DNA of 63,254 nt, filler included, from Octopus bimaculoides (Eukaryota), in NCBI RefSeq assembly GCF_001194135.2. It is 6 parts of 6 records of this genome, joined end to end, with 100 filler letters (N's around TTAATTAATTAA, not from the genome) between each part and the next. Parts side by side here need not be neighbours in the genome. Positions count along the whole stretch, not along the records: positions 41,590 to 60,519 come from NC_068984.1; positions 60,620 to 63,254 come from NW_026346934.1; 4 more parts are not named here. The stretch is one strand, 5' to 3'. The position numbers and the translations under genes were made by a program. This document shows positions 49,520 to 61,925 of the stretch, in pieces (positions within the stretch are counted from its first letter, which is position 1; the number at the start of each line of letters is the position of its first letter). The notes under the pieces were generated by a model. The model ran no database searches. It saw only the letters and a list, made by a program, of their open reading frames with translations, and was not told the DNA's origin.

Positions 49520-49830
49520 TTAGCCTAGTTGGCAGCTTTCATTGGAGAAGTTGAGGTGGGTAGTGGGGAGAATGTATGTGTAGTTGTGTGTAGGATATGT
49601 CAACCTCTGTGGTAGATGTGATGATGCCCTTCTTTATAGTGATGTTAGAGTATAGAGTGGTCATTGGTAAAAGATGAGAAATTTGTGACGCTGAGAAGAA
49701 TGGGTTGCTCCTCGGCACTGTAGTTAGTCCATCTGGAGGTCAATGATTTACAACAGAGTGCATGAGATTTAACGCTGTCTGGGCAGGAACAGAAATAATG
49801 AACTGAGAGAGAAGTCACGGGATTATGTTA
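49520..49830 (-). mobile_element. Strongly decayed Penelope-like RT fragment
   Basis: Reverse strand TLYSNITIKKGIITST..SYTQLHIHSPHYP loosely resembles the PLE thumb region. Confidence 0.4.
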
Positions 49831-49930
49831 AGCCTTCCTAGACAATATATATATATATATATCTTATTTTTTATTTCTATTTCATTTTTATTTTTATTTT
49901 TTTACTTTATATTTGTGTTGAATTTTTGTG

Positions 49931-50063
49931 AATCTCTGAAGAGGCCTAGCGAATCATACATGTACCCCCATTTCAGCATTTCATCTGCTAATTACTCCGG
50001 CACGCAGGAGCTATTGAGATAGAATGGGGCATGCCAAAGCTAGGCCGAAACAGCTGTAAGTTT
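49931..50063 (+). ncRNA. Type I hammerhead ribozyme with an 88-nt structured insert in stem II
   Basis: AATCT-CTGAAGA-GGCCTAGC-[88 nt]-GCTAGGCC-GAA-ACAGCTGT-A-AGTTT; canonical core, perfect 8-bp stem II base, GUA cleavage triplet. Confidence 0.85.
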
Positions 50064-51998
50064 CTGTATATTCTCAAATTGCTAATGTACTTTATATTTG
50101 TAACATTGATTGTTAATATGACATGGTATGTCATAAGCATTTGTATATTGTGGTTTTTGTCATTTTAGTTACAAAATAAATTAATTAATTCAACGGAATA
50201 CACTGTCTGCAAGTCGATGGATACCGCATCCATTTTCTTATTGCTATATAAATTTAGTGTAAAATAACCCCCCTTTTACTCGCACCCACTTATCACACTT
50301 GGTATAACACTAGTGTAACAATAATTGGGTACCCTCCCAGCAGTATATTGGATAGATACTATCCCTTAGTGGGTTGAATCCTCAATCCCTAACTCTCTTG
50401 CATTATATATATATATATATCTCAATATAATTTAGAGAAGAACCACTATTATACAATTCAAACAATGAAAGAACCCCAATGACACTATCCAGAAAAAAAT
50501 GCACTATAAAAATACTAATCTAAAAATTCAATAAAGCATAAAATGTAAATAGTAGTCAATTGATAAAGCATAAAAGGTAAATAGCAATACCTTTNNNNNN
50601 NNNNNNNNNNNNNNNNNNNNNNNNNNNNNNNNNNNNNNNNNNNNNNNNNNNNNNNNNNNNNNNNNNNNNNNNNNNNNNNNNNNNNNNNNNNNNNNNNNNN
50701 NNNNNNNNNNNNNNNNNNNNNNNNNNNNNNNNNNNNNNNNNNNNNNNNNNNNNNNNNNNNNNNNNNNNNNNNNNNNNNNNNNNNNNNNNNNNNNNNNNNN
50801 NNNNNNNNNNNNNNNNNNNNNNNNNNNNNNNNNNNNNNNNNNNNNNNNNNNNNNNNNNNNNNNNNNNNNNNNNNNNNNNNNNNNNNNNNNNNNNNNNNNN
50901 NNNNNNNNNNNNNNNNNNNNNNNNNNNNNNNNNNNNNNNNNNNNNNNNNNNNNNNNNNNNNNNNNNNNNNNNNNNNNNNNNNNNNNNNNNNNNNNNNNNN
51001 NNNNNNNNNAGAGAGAGAGAGAGAGAGAGAGAATGTTAGAGATGCAACCAAGAAAAGTTGTACCCATTTGTCATGATCCAGGATGATGAAGTGAGGTGAG
51101 ATTTATTTCTGAATATAGGGCGAAATATTAATGAACAGCATCTATTGCTTTTTGAGTTTTGATATTGGTAAAAACAGGAAGAAAATTAAAACCCTTTCAA
51201 ACCCATCTGTAAGTATCTGGCATAAATTTCTAGAATCTAATAGGTAATTTTGTCAAAGTATATCACGACCACTAACAATAACATCAGTAACAACGGAGCA
51301 ACCCAGCAGCTTCCATAACAGAAATTCCCAAAATATAGAAGAGTAAAATACAAGGGAAATAATTCTACACAATCAGATTCAAGGAACATAACTCTTCAGC
51401 AGCAAGTGAGGATAACTCTCTTTCAAAACAAAAAAACAAAAATAAAAAAAAACAAAACATTACACATATTCATTAGCTACAAACGTAATATTTAGGGTGG
51501 TAGATGGGATTTGCGGTGTTTTCCGCTTAAAACAGATAAATATACATACACCTTCATTTTGCGTATGCACATACACAAATATTTATGTATACTCATCCGT
51601 TTATGTATACGTATACAAATACATTTACGTATATGCGGATACCTTAATGTAAACACACATGTATGCATACATATATCTATATATATACTCATCCATTTAT
51701 GTATACAAATGCAAATACGTTTTATGTTATCACATATACATTTATGTAAATACTCGTGCATGCACGCATACATTCATGTATTTGAATATATGTATATCTC
51801 TGCACATATGTGCGCGTGTGTGTATGTATATACATACCTACTTCTATAAAATTTATTAATTAATGAGGGTAGAAATTGATATTAATCAATTAAAACCAAA
51901 ATAAAAGGAATGACCAGCAAAAGTGGACTCCTATATGCTAGAAATAGATGCCGAATCATCTAACCACGAAGAAAAATATATGTTCTCAGTAAAAATTC

Positions 51999-52123
51999 AG
52001 CAACACAACAGACTGTAAAAGGGCAAGACAAATGAAAAAATACTAAATAAAAAACTAGGTTAATCGTTTTTTTATTTAGTGTTTTTTCATTTGTCTTGCC
52101 CTTTTACAGTCTGTTGTGTCGCT
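51999..52123. repeat. Fold-back with 56-bp arms and a 13-bp spacer
   Basis: AGCAACACAACAGACTGTAAAAGGGCAAGACAAATGAAAAAA mirrored with two mismatches; the family recurs at 61560-61885. Confidence 0.9.
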
Positions 52124-52431
52124 NNNNNNNNNNNNNNNNNNNNNNNNNNNNNNNNNNNNNNNNNNNNNNNNNNNNNNNNNNNNNNNNNNNNNNNNNNNNN
52201 NNNNNNNNNNNNNNNNNNNNNNNNNNNNNNNNNNNNNNNNNNNNNNNNNNNNNNNNNNNNNNNNNNNNNNNNNNNNNNNNNNNNNNNNNNNNNNNNNNNN
52301 NNNNNNNNNNNNNNNNNNNNNNNNNNNNNNNNNNNNNNNNNNNNNNNNNNNNNNNNNNNNNNNNNNNNNNNNNNNNNNNNNNNNNNNNNNNNNNNNNNNN
52401 NNNNNNNNNNNNNNNNNNNNNNTATATATAT

Positions 52432-52463
<32 letters not shown>

Positions 52464-53791
52464 TATATATAGTCACATTGAGGAAGTTAAATCCACATTA
52501 GGGATAATATAATCCAAAATATCCCATTGGTTAATCACTATCATCTAATGCGAAAGTCACTGCGATATGTTAGGGATTATTGTAGTAATACATTTTATTA
52601 ATATTGAAGGAAAGAAAATGGAGAAAAAATAGATGTATAAATAATTTATTTGTATGGCATCCTTCAAAAGAAAAATGCCAGCCTTAGTTTTATAAGCTCA
52701 TAATAACCCTGAAGAAGTTCTACCCCATAGTGTTAGAGAATGATACCTTTCTTAGCATTTAACCAAATGCTTAGAATTCCATATCAACTAGAGGATATCA
52801 CTCAAACATATATGTAATTTTTTTCACATTCTTGAGCTTTACAACTTATAATTTATTTGTATTGTTATGTTTTTAAAAAATTCTAACATTTTTATATCAT
52901 ACAAATAGATTATTCATACATCCATTTTTTCTCCATTTCCTTTCCTTCTATTTATATATATGTATACACACACGCACACACACACACACACACACATCTC
53001 AATCCTATAGCGCAACACATTTGACTAATGTCTTCTACCATAGCATGTGATTGACCAAAACCTTGTCAGTAGCATTTGGTAAATTGAAACTGTGTGGAAG
53101 CCCGTTCCTTGGATTATAGACTTATTCTGAGGTCCTGTTCAACAACATCACATAGTATATGGGTACTGTTAGTGAAGTCCAAGCTGTCTTTGTTGTGAGG
53201 ACAAATTTCTCTGTTTTTTCACCCATCATTGTGATCCCTAAATGATTCTCAGCCCCTCGTCTTAGATCAACCCAACATTTCGACTGGTGTCGTCTTCGAC
53301 GGTCATCAAGTGTCGTAGTAGCTGAATATATTTGGAATAGGATTGTGGAGAAGTGCATCAGTGCTTTTAATTTAGGAATACAGTTTCCTAATTCTAAAAC
53401 ACACCGATACAATGCACTTATCAAGGAATTGCACATTTGATGATAATCAGAAATAAAAAGGTTTATGACTAACGATAAGATTTATTAGTCAGAAGTTTTA
53501 ATATTATACTCATGTTGTTTTTACACATCATTGTGAAGTGGAACCACTAAGTCTCATAACTGGTCACTTCATTCTCATCTACATGAACTATATAAAATAT
53601 TCCGAGGGCAAAATTGAGTAATATTAGTTTACATCATTTGGTTTTTTTTTGGATAAGATGGAATGGGGAAAGACATTATTTAGTATTGTAGCGATGTATG
53701 ATTAGTACAGAATGTGAAAAACCGTAAGAGCTGGCAGAAGAAAGAAAATATGTCTGAAAAGCTGAATAAATGGAAGAAAAAGTTTGCACAC

Positions 53792-53838
<47 letters not shown>

Positions 53839-54790
53839 CAATAACAAAGAATGATTATCAATTATATAATAAATTATATAATCAAATTGCGTTACAAGAA
53901 ATACGTATACACTCATGAACACCACATACACACACGCACACAAACACGCGCGCACATACGCGCGCGCACCCCCCCCCCCCCCNNNNNNNNNNNNNNNNNN
54001 NNNNNNNNNNNCACAAAACAGAGTTTCGGATCTCGTGTGATGCTTGATCACTAGCTTTAATATTCTGACAATGCCTCCTGAAAAAGTCATGACCATTACA
54101 GCGTCTCTTCTGCATTACATAAGACATGACATCACTGTTTACCAGTTTCGTCTCCTCAAAATAACAGAATTATATATTTGATATTTTGTTTTATATGCCT
54201 TATGTACGGCTCATTAACCCTTGCTATAGTTGTATCGAGTGCACTAATAATATAGGCATCAATACCACAACTGCCACTTACCTCTATACATACTTTAATT
54301 ACTTAATAATTAAAATCTGTCATTAGAAGTTATTTATATCAGTAATTTTATGATACGAGTGGAAAAAGAAATCGATTTATTTTTTATTTATTACTACATC
54401 GCAGATCTATAGGAGACAAGACATAGTAGATTGTGTGATTTTCCTCTTAATGTTGACAAGACAAAGGAAGTATTTAAATTGGGAAATAGAAGGCAGCAGA
54501 CAGAAACCATAATTAAAAACAAAATATCTATAATTTATCTCCTAACCAAAAACGAAACCTCCAAGTTGTTGTTCAACCTGCCAGAAATGACAGCTAATTA
54601 TCCCGAAAGTTACCATCTTAGTATCTAAGAAAATTGGGGAATGTAGTCGTTATAGGTACACTACTTGAAAAGACGAGATGATAGGACCGGAATATCTTTG
54701 ATTATAGATTTGTTCGATTAGGACTGGCCTAGGATTACACAAGAGCAGCAGCAGAACAACAACAAAACCAGCAACTACATTTTAAAATAT

Positions 54791-55114
54791 TTATTACCTC
54801 CGTCTTAGCTAAGGCGGAGGTATTGTTTTCAGTCGTGTTTGTTTGTTTGTTTGTATGTCCGTGGACAAGATATCTCAAGAAACGCTGAATGGATTCGGAT
54901 GAAATTTTCAGGGATGTTTGGCCTCATGACGGGGACGAACTGATTAGAATTTGGGATCGATCCGGTACCCAACAAGGATTCTGGATTATTTGTTATATTT
55001 ACTTTACTTTACCAGAAGTATTACGAGATATTCTCATTTTAAAAATCATCTCCGGCTAATCGTTGAGAGGACGTTGGTGTTGCTTTGGCGGAGGTTTGCG
55101 CTCTCTGAGTGCTT
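54791..55114 (+). mobile_element. Helentron-associated non-autonomous element (HINE/DINE-1-like)
   Basis: 5' TTATTACCTCCGTC-ttagctaa-GGCGGAGGT stem, (GTTT)n microsatellite, 3' subterminal GGCGGAGGT and terminal hairpin GCGCTC-tct-GAGTGC in a T run. Confidence 0.85.
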
Positions 55115-55575
55115 TTGTTGTTGTTATAGTTATTTTGTTGATTTTGTTTAGCCTTAGGATTATCCTGATAAAATTGACTTATAAGGTAAGACATTTGTAC
55201 AGCGACTATGCAGTCTTTTATTTTCAGACTATATGTAGGAGTACATTAGTCAGTGTGTCCTCCCTTGCCTAAAACAGTAAGATGTCGTTCCAAAGAGATC
55301 TGACTGTTGTGTCTAAGAAGTCGATCGACTATCTGAAACCACATTCGTTACTCAATTTCCTCTTGAGCCATCTCACGTTATTCATATTAAAAAAAGTATG
55401 AACATCACATCTCTTCAATTCTCTTCCACAGAAAATCTGTGTTTTTAATTGTGTTTTAAAGTTAGTTTATCTTCACTAAGATAAACTAACTTTATTTGTT
55501 AGTTGAAAAATAAGTTTCATATATTTTCTTTTGTTTTCGTTTTCTTTCTCAAATATGTTCTGTGATATTTGGCAG

Positions 55576-56157
55576 GGTCGGCAGAATGGCAAGAATATAT
55601 CCGGCAAGAACTGCAAAGGGAGTTAGAGGCAAAAGTAAGGGCAATTCTGAAGACTCCACCCATTGAACGTCTGCAGAAACTTCGCGAAAAAATCCAGCAG
55701 CAGAAGAAAGACAGCAAACCAAATGTGATGCAATTCAACGACAAACTTTTGATACACTGGATCAGCTCCAAAGAACAACAGGAAAAAGAAGAGCGGGAAC
55801 AACAACAAAAACAAGAGGGTCTTCACAGAAATCAGCAGTTAATGACAAAACAAAGAACTTTACCATCTTTCACTTACAACATTCCTCCTTTATTTCAACC
55901 GTTCGTGAAGAACCAACACTCAGTCACTGGATATCGGCGGTACTTCGATGCTGAATGTAACATCCCGGAACCAATTATGGATCGTCTGTATCGCAATCTG
56001 GAACCACCAAATACTTTTCGACCCGTAGAAAATTTCTGTAAACTACAAAATGAGTTTGGATTCAAATGGCCAGATTCTCTCGGTCCTTTATTGCCGACGG
56101 TCAAGTTCCAGAATGGTACGAAGCATCTATCTGAACCCCTGTCCAACTACTTAGCAG
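55576..56157 (+). CDS. Large internal coding exon of an unidentified gene (coiled-coil region + aromatic-rich segment)
   Basis: Acceptor TTTGGCAG|, donor CAG|GTTAG; 582 bp (194 codons), symmetric phase 1-1; complex protein-like sequence with no stops or repeats. Confidence 0.85.
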
Positions 56158-56708
56158 GTTAGAAGAGTTTCTTGCTTCTCTTTCTTTATATTTCTTAATT
56201 TTCTTTTTTTTATTTACAAAGATGGAGTTGTAGAAACAATAGACTGCCTGCCTTAATTTATGGCAACATTTAGTTAAATTCTGAGATCAAATACTGCCGA
56301 GGGCCTCATGCTACTTTTCATCACTTCACGATCGATAAGAGATAATCAATTGTATTTTGATGTCGATTCGATCTATAATACACCTTTCTTACAAATTTGT
56401 GATCAGTATTCGGTTTGGTAATTTTTATTAGGTCGATCTATGCTATTTAGTTATTTGTTAACATTATTAAAATTGAAATTTATTGCAAACACACAGTGGT
56501 TTCTATATCATTCTAAGTTATTAGATGTGTCTTCAGTTAAAATTACTGGTTGTCCCATAGACAGTTAGTCAATCATTCAAACTATTTTTGTCTATTGAGA
56601 ACCTTGTTTTCGGCTATTAAAAATTATAGAATATTTTGAAAGTTACCAGATTTTGTTTTAGACAAAACATTAAGATAGAGTCACTATGTCTACATATTTG
56701 TTATACAG

Positions 56709-56758
56709 GTATCACTAACCTGGTTTTGCAGCACACTCTATTCACAAACAATACATAA
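56709..56758 (+). CDS. Candidate terminal exon (GITNLVLQHTLFTNNT*)
   Basis: Acceptor TTTGTTATACAG; phase 1 matches the upstream exon; stop at 56756-56758. Confidence 0.35.
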
Positions 56759-58097
56759 AGAAAACCTTACTAATCACTACAAATGTTTAGGACCCCGTTT
56801 TCTAAAGATGATTCGTAATGTTGATCTTACCGCATCATTCAAGCCCGGTTTACTATTTCATGGCCAGGAAATGGTTCATCTCTGACCAATCAACCATTGA
56901 TTTACAGACATCATGTTCTTTTTTGTTTGCCTCAGTCTATTGAAATTACAATTATGTTCCTCTTAACAGCAGTTGTTGTATTTCAACGTGTTCATCTGGT
57001 TTGTCTTATCTATTACTGTTGCCCCAAACATTTCTAATTTGTCTGTCTCCTCTGGCGTCATCAGAACCAACAGATATACAAATGAGTCAATTAAAGAGAT
57101 CCTTAACACGCACCAGCCAAACCTCCTCAATCACAAACAATCACAAATAAAAGGGTAAATATTGAATAATATTGTACCGGAGACAATAATATGTGAGAAC
57201 AAAAGATAGAAAGATCATGACTAGAGTGTCTTAGTTCGTAGGTCTCCTATTGAGAGTTGAAATGGAAGACGGAAGAAAAAGAGGAAGAGAATGAAAACCT
57301 CCTCCTCCTCCTCCTCCTCCTCGTCGTCATCGTCGTCGTCATCATCATCATCATCAACAGCAACAAGGAGGTTGATTTTATATACATTTGAACGGGTTTA
57401 TTAGTTTGTATAAATTTTGTCGCAGCTTACTTGAGTGGTAGATTTAATCTGTTGCCTGGCACCATGTGGGTTCTTTAGCAGAGTTCGTTGTAAGCATATG
57501 GGTCAGGTGTTTAGTTTCCCCCCTGATCTAAAGATAAGAAAAAATATGCATATAATCAATCAAGTATACATATATATATATATATANNNNNNNNNNNNNN
57601 NNNNNNNNNNNNNNNNNNNNNNNNNNNNNNNNNNNNNNNNNNNNNNNNNNNNNNNNNNNNNNNNNNNNNNNNNNNNNNNNNNNNNNNNNNNNNNNNNNNN
57701 NNNNNNNNNNNNNNNNNNNNNNNNNNNNNNNNNNNNNNNNNNNNNNNNNNNNNNNNNNNNNNNNNNNNNNNNNNNNNNNNNNNNNNNNNNNNNNNNNNNN
57801 NNNNNNNNNNNNNNNNNNNNNNNNNNNNNNNNNNNNNNNNNNNNNNNNNNNNNNNNNNNNNNNNNNNNNNNNNNNNNNNNNNNNNNNNNNNNNNNNNNNN
57901 NNNNNNNNNNNNNNNNNNNNNNNNNNNNNNNNNNNNNNNNNNNNNNNNNNNNNNNNNNNNNNNNNNNNNNNNNNNNNNNNNNNNNNNNNNNNNNNNNNNN
58001 NNNNNNNNNNNNNNNNNNNNNNNNNNNNNNNNNNNNNNNNNNNNNNNNNNNNNNNNNNNNNNTGTGTGTGCATGTGTGTGTGTGTGTGCATGTGTGT

Positions 58098-58143
<46 letters not shown>

Positions 58144-58191
58144 AATTTTATTAGGGTGACAAAGGCGACAGATCTTCACAAAGCATTTATA

Positions 58192-58540
58192 GCGCGCTCA
58201 GGGAACACTAGAACAGAGAAAGAATAGGCTTGACGATATGAGAACATGATCTTCTGTTGCACGGTCTCAAGAGACACTCGAGCATAGGATGCATCTATTA
58301 GACGATAAGCGCAGAAGAGCCTCCGTCGCACGGACTCAGGAAACGATGTCTCATTTCAACTCAACTTTAATTTCAAATTTTGCTATGACCATCAAAGGCA
58401 AACATTTTCAGTTGCTGGTTTACACCTTGAAGGGCCCAGCTTTACGTTGGATAGTCAAGAGTAGGAAGTAAGAAAAATCTTTACATCAATGATACACTAA
58501 ATGGAAAAAAGACAAAAAAAACTTTGTCTATCGAGACATA
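58192..58540 (+). mobile_element. Internally deleted Helitron (STPR-like N-terminal repeats fused to Pif1 helicase C-terminal motifs)
   Basis: ARAQGTLEQRKNRLDDMRT*SSVARSQETLEHRMHLLDDKRRRASVARTQET, then FAMTIK / QTFSVAGLHLEGPSFT / SRVGSKKNLYI. Confidence 0.75.
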
Positions 58541-59108
58541 AATTGGCCCAAATAATGCAAGAAATCCGTCGTAGTCAAGACGTCTATCCACTTCTATTGC
58601 TTCTATCTCATTATAAAGTTCTTCCTTTTTCTACTATACAATATTACAAATTTGTCCAAGAGCCGGTGTGGGGAAATTTTGGACTCCTGTGTGTTTGTAG
58701 CCATTTGTATCTATTAAAACCTTGATCCCTTTTAACAAAATTGACTTTAACTAACTCTTAAAGACGGTACTTCTATTAAAACAATTATATTTTTCTGTGT
58801 AGCATGATTTTCTGAATAATAAATTCACGTAATTCTTGTTGCGAATGCTATTAACACAGATGTAGATGGATAGATGGACAGATAGATATATAGATATAAA
58901 CAGAGAGAAAGGTAGATGGATAAATAGATAGATGGGTAAATAGATAGATAGATAGAAGGTTACCTAGATAGACAGTTACAAAGATAGGTATATACATAAA
59001 TGGGAAGACAGATACATATATATATATTTATGTATACACATATCTACATATGTATACGCTTAAAGGCAATTAGCTCCACATACACACATACACGCACTTA
59101 CACATACA

Positions 59109-59167
<59 letters not shown>

Positions 59168-60299
59168 GAAAGAAAGAGAGAGAAAAGAGAGAAAGATAGA
59201 GAGAGAGAGAAAAAATGGAAGAGTGGGAGAAAGAGAATAGATATATGGTTAGATGGTTAGATACATTGGCAGTCATATTAGAAGATAAAAAGATACATAT
59301 ATAGGCAGGTAGGTAGATGGGTTGATAGATAAATATATGGCAGCCTTGGAAATAGTTATGAAAGCATCTTCAAGAATAACGGCAAGGCCGAAGACACTAT
59401 GACTCAACCAAACAACTAGTTCAGGGCAGTTGATAAAATCCAGCTATATGGAAGGATGGAGCTTCCGGTATGACTTCACACCGAGACTGTAGTGGTTATT
59501 CTTGCTTTATGACAACGACATGAGTACAGGAATGGAGAAATTGTGCAGTAAGTTTGTGCGAAAGTTGCCTTTTTTTCGGGTTCATAAAGAGAGACCTTTT
59601 TAAAACATTAAATGGCTATGGGGTGGGGGTCCACTTGAGCAAAATAAGAATCAGAGAGGTCCATAGGCAAAAAATGTTTGAGAACTGATCTTAAGGAATA
59701 CCAACTACTCTATAACAATTGGAACAAAGTCGACAGAAAACCAACCAATTATGATATGGAAATGATCAGAAAGTAAAAAACAAAAGAAACAAAAAAACAA
59801 AAACAAAAAAAAAACAAAAACAAAACAAAACCCCCAACTAAATAAGAGCAAGACTAAAAACAACTCGATTACAACATATTCGGCAGAGACTATCAAGAAA
59901 CTTATGTAAAAAGAAGCAGAAAAAAATCAAGAGGACAACGAAAGTAGAAGAAAGCTATCACAGATGATGATAATATCTGAAGTTAAGAAACTGAAGCATT
60001 TAAAACAGTAAAACAGTAATAAAAACTTTATAAGTTAATTTATTGAATGGAAAATAACGTGGCGTGTAAGTGTAAAATGCAAGAAGGTAAAAAGCCAGAA
60101 TAAACCATTTTTAGCTTGTTCTTATGTTGTATAACATCAGTTGAGATATTTTAAATTTTTTTGGTTATCTAGTCAGTTAAGATATTAAAAAATTGATGTA
60201 GGACAACTTAAACAGCCACAGGTCTCACAGCTATTTCGGGATAGATGCAGTAATATTTATTTTGAAGGTTCATGGCAATCTTTTCGAGAAGGATTATAT

Positions 60300-60519
60300 A
60301 AGGCTGGAGTGGATGTGCTGGGTTTTAAGAGGAGACAACATAGAGATTGGTTTGACTCCAATGATGCAATGGTAAATGAGCTACTGGCAACAAAGAGGTC
60401 TACTTATGAAAAACTTCTTAACCCAAACATTAAGGGCAAAGAAAAAACTAGAAACGGTATACAGAGCGCAGAAAGCAGAACTGCAAAAGGAATTAAGGAG
60501 GCTCAAAGATACCTGGTGG
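60300..60519 (+). mobile_element. RTE (BovB-like) ORF fragment, endonuclease-RT linker
   Basis: VLGFKRRQHRDWFDSNDAMVNELLATKR / YRAQKAELQKELRRLKDTWW; cut by an assembly spacer. Confidence 0.85.
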
Positions 60520-61069
60520 NNNNNNNNNNNNNNNNNNNNNNNNNNNNNNNNNNNNNNNNNNNNTTAATTAATTAANNNNNNNNNNNNNNNNNNNNNNNNN
60601 NNNNNNNNNNNNNNNNNNNTATATATTTATTTATACATACATACATATATTTATATATATATATAAATAAATTTATATTTATATATATATAAATAAATAT
60701 ATATTTATATATAAATATATATATATATAAATATATATATAAATAAATATATATATATTTATTTATTTGTATATGTATTAAAAAAAAAAATGTTCGTCAA
60801 TATTACTTTTTACATGCCACTGGCACAGGTGCCAGTTACGTGACGCAAGGATCGGTGATCACTACAATTTCACTTGGCTTGGCAGGTATAATTTATCTTT
60901 TACTTGTATTTTAGTCATGCTGGGGCACCACCTTGAAGAATTTTCAGTTGACTGATTCGGCCCCAGTACTTTCTTTTTTAGAGCCTGCTGCTTAATTTCA
61001 TTGGTCTCCTGAACCAATTAGTTGCAGGGACATAAACACAGCAACAATGGTTAAAACATCTATATATAT

Positions 61070-61255
61070 ATCGGGCTCTATGGTTAGAGGCTTGCTTACC
61101 AACCACATGGTTCTGCGTTCAGTCCCACTGCGTGGCACCTTGGGCAATAGTATTCTACTATAGCCTCAAGCTGACCAAAGTCTTGTAAGTGGATTTGGTA
61201 GACAGAAACTGAAAGAATCCCATTATAGTTTATGGGTGTGTGTCTGTGTTTGTCT
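61070..61255 (+). mobile_element. Family B SINE 5' half
   Basis: GGTTAGAGGCTTGCTTACCAACCACATGGTTCTGCGTTCAGTCCCACTGCGTGGCACCTTGGGC. Confidence 0.8.
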
Positions 61256-61890
61256 TCCAAGTGAAAAAAAAATCGGGCGATCTTTCGTTTTCAGAACAGT
61301 TTACATCACTTCTTCAAGCACGAGTTTTCTGGAGAGGGCTCTTTGCTGAATTCTCCATCGGGAATTAAGGTGGCATTGCTTTCAATACGCACAAACAAAC
61401 ACATACGCCTTTGTAATTAACTCTTTAGCGATATCAAATCTTATGAATTTTAGAGTTTCAAAAATTTGTCCTTCTTTTGAATAATTTCATTTGTGAGTTG
61501 CCTCCCTTGTAAGGTATGCTATTCAACACGACAATAAATTATTGTGTGTAAATTGATGCCAAGCTAATGCTAGAAATAGATGCCAAATCACGTAACCATG
61601 AAGAATATGTTCTCAAGGAAAAAAAAATATGTATGTAATATAATCTGGACCACTGCGGCCATACTGTAGCACCGCCTTTAGTCGAGCAAATCGACCTGAG
61701 GACTTACTCTTCGAATGCCTAGTACTCATTCTGTAGGTCTCTTTATTCATTTGTCTTGCTCATTTTTACATTCTGGTGTCTTGCTGAAATTTTTTTCTTG
61801 AGAACATATTCTTCGTGGTTAGGTGATTTGGCATCTATTTCTAGCATATAGGAGTCCACTTTTGCTGGTCATTCCTCTTAATTTTGTATG

Positions 61891-61925
<35 letters not shown>

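Noticed and set aside
55227-55275. Strong acceptor (TTTATTTTCAG) and donor (GTAAGA) pair just upstream of the main exon
   Set aside because: Stops in all three frames; the shorter alternative ends in phase 2, incompatible with the phase 1 exon at 55576.
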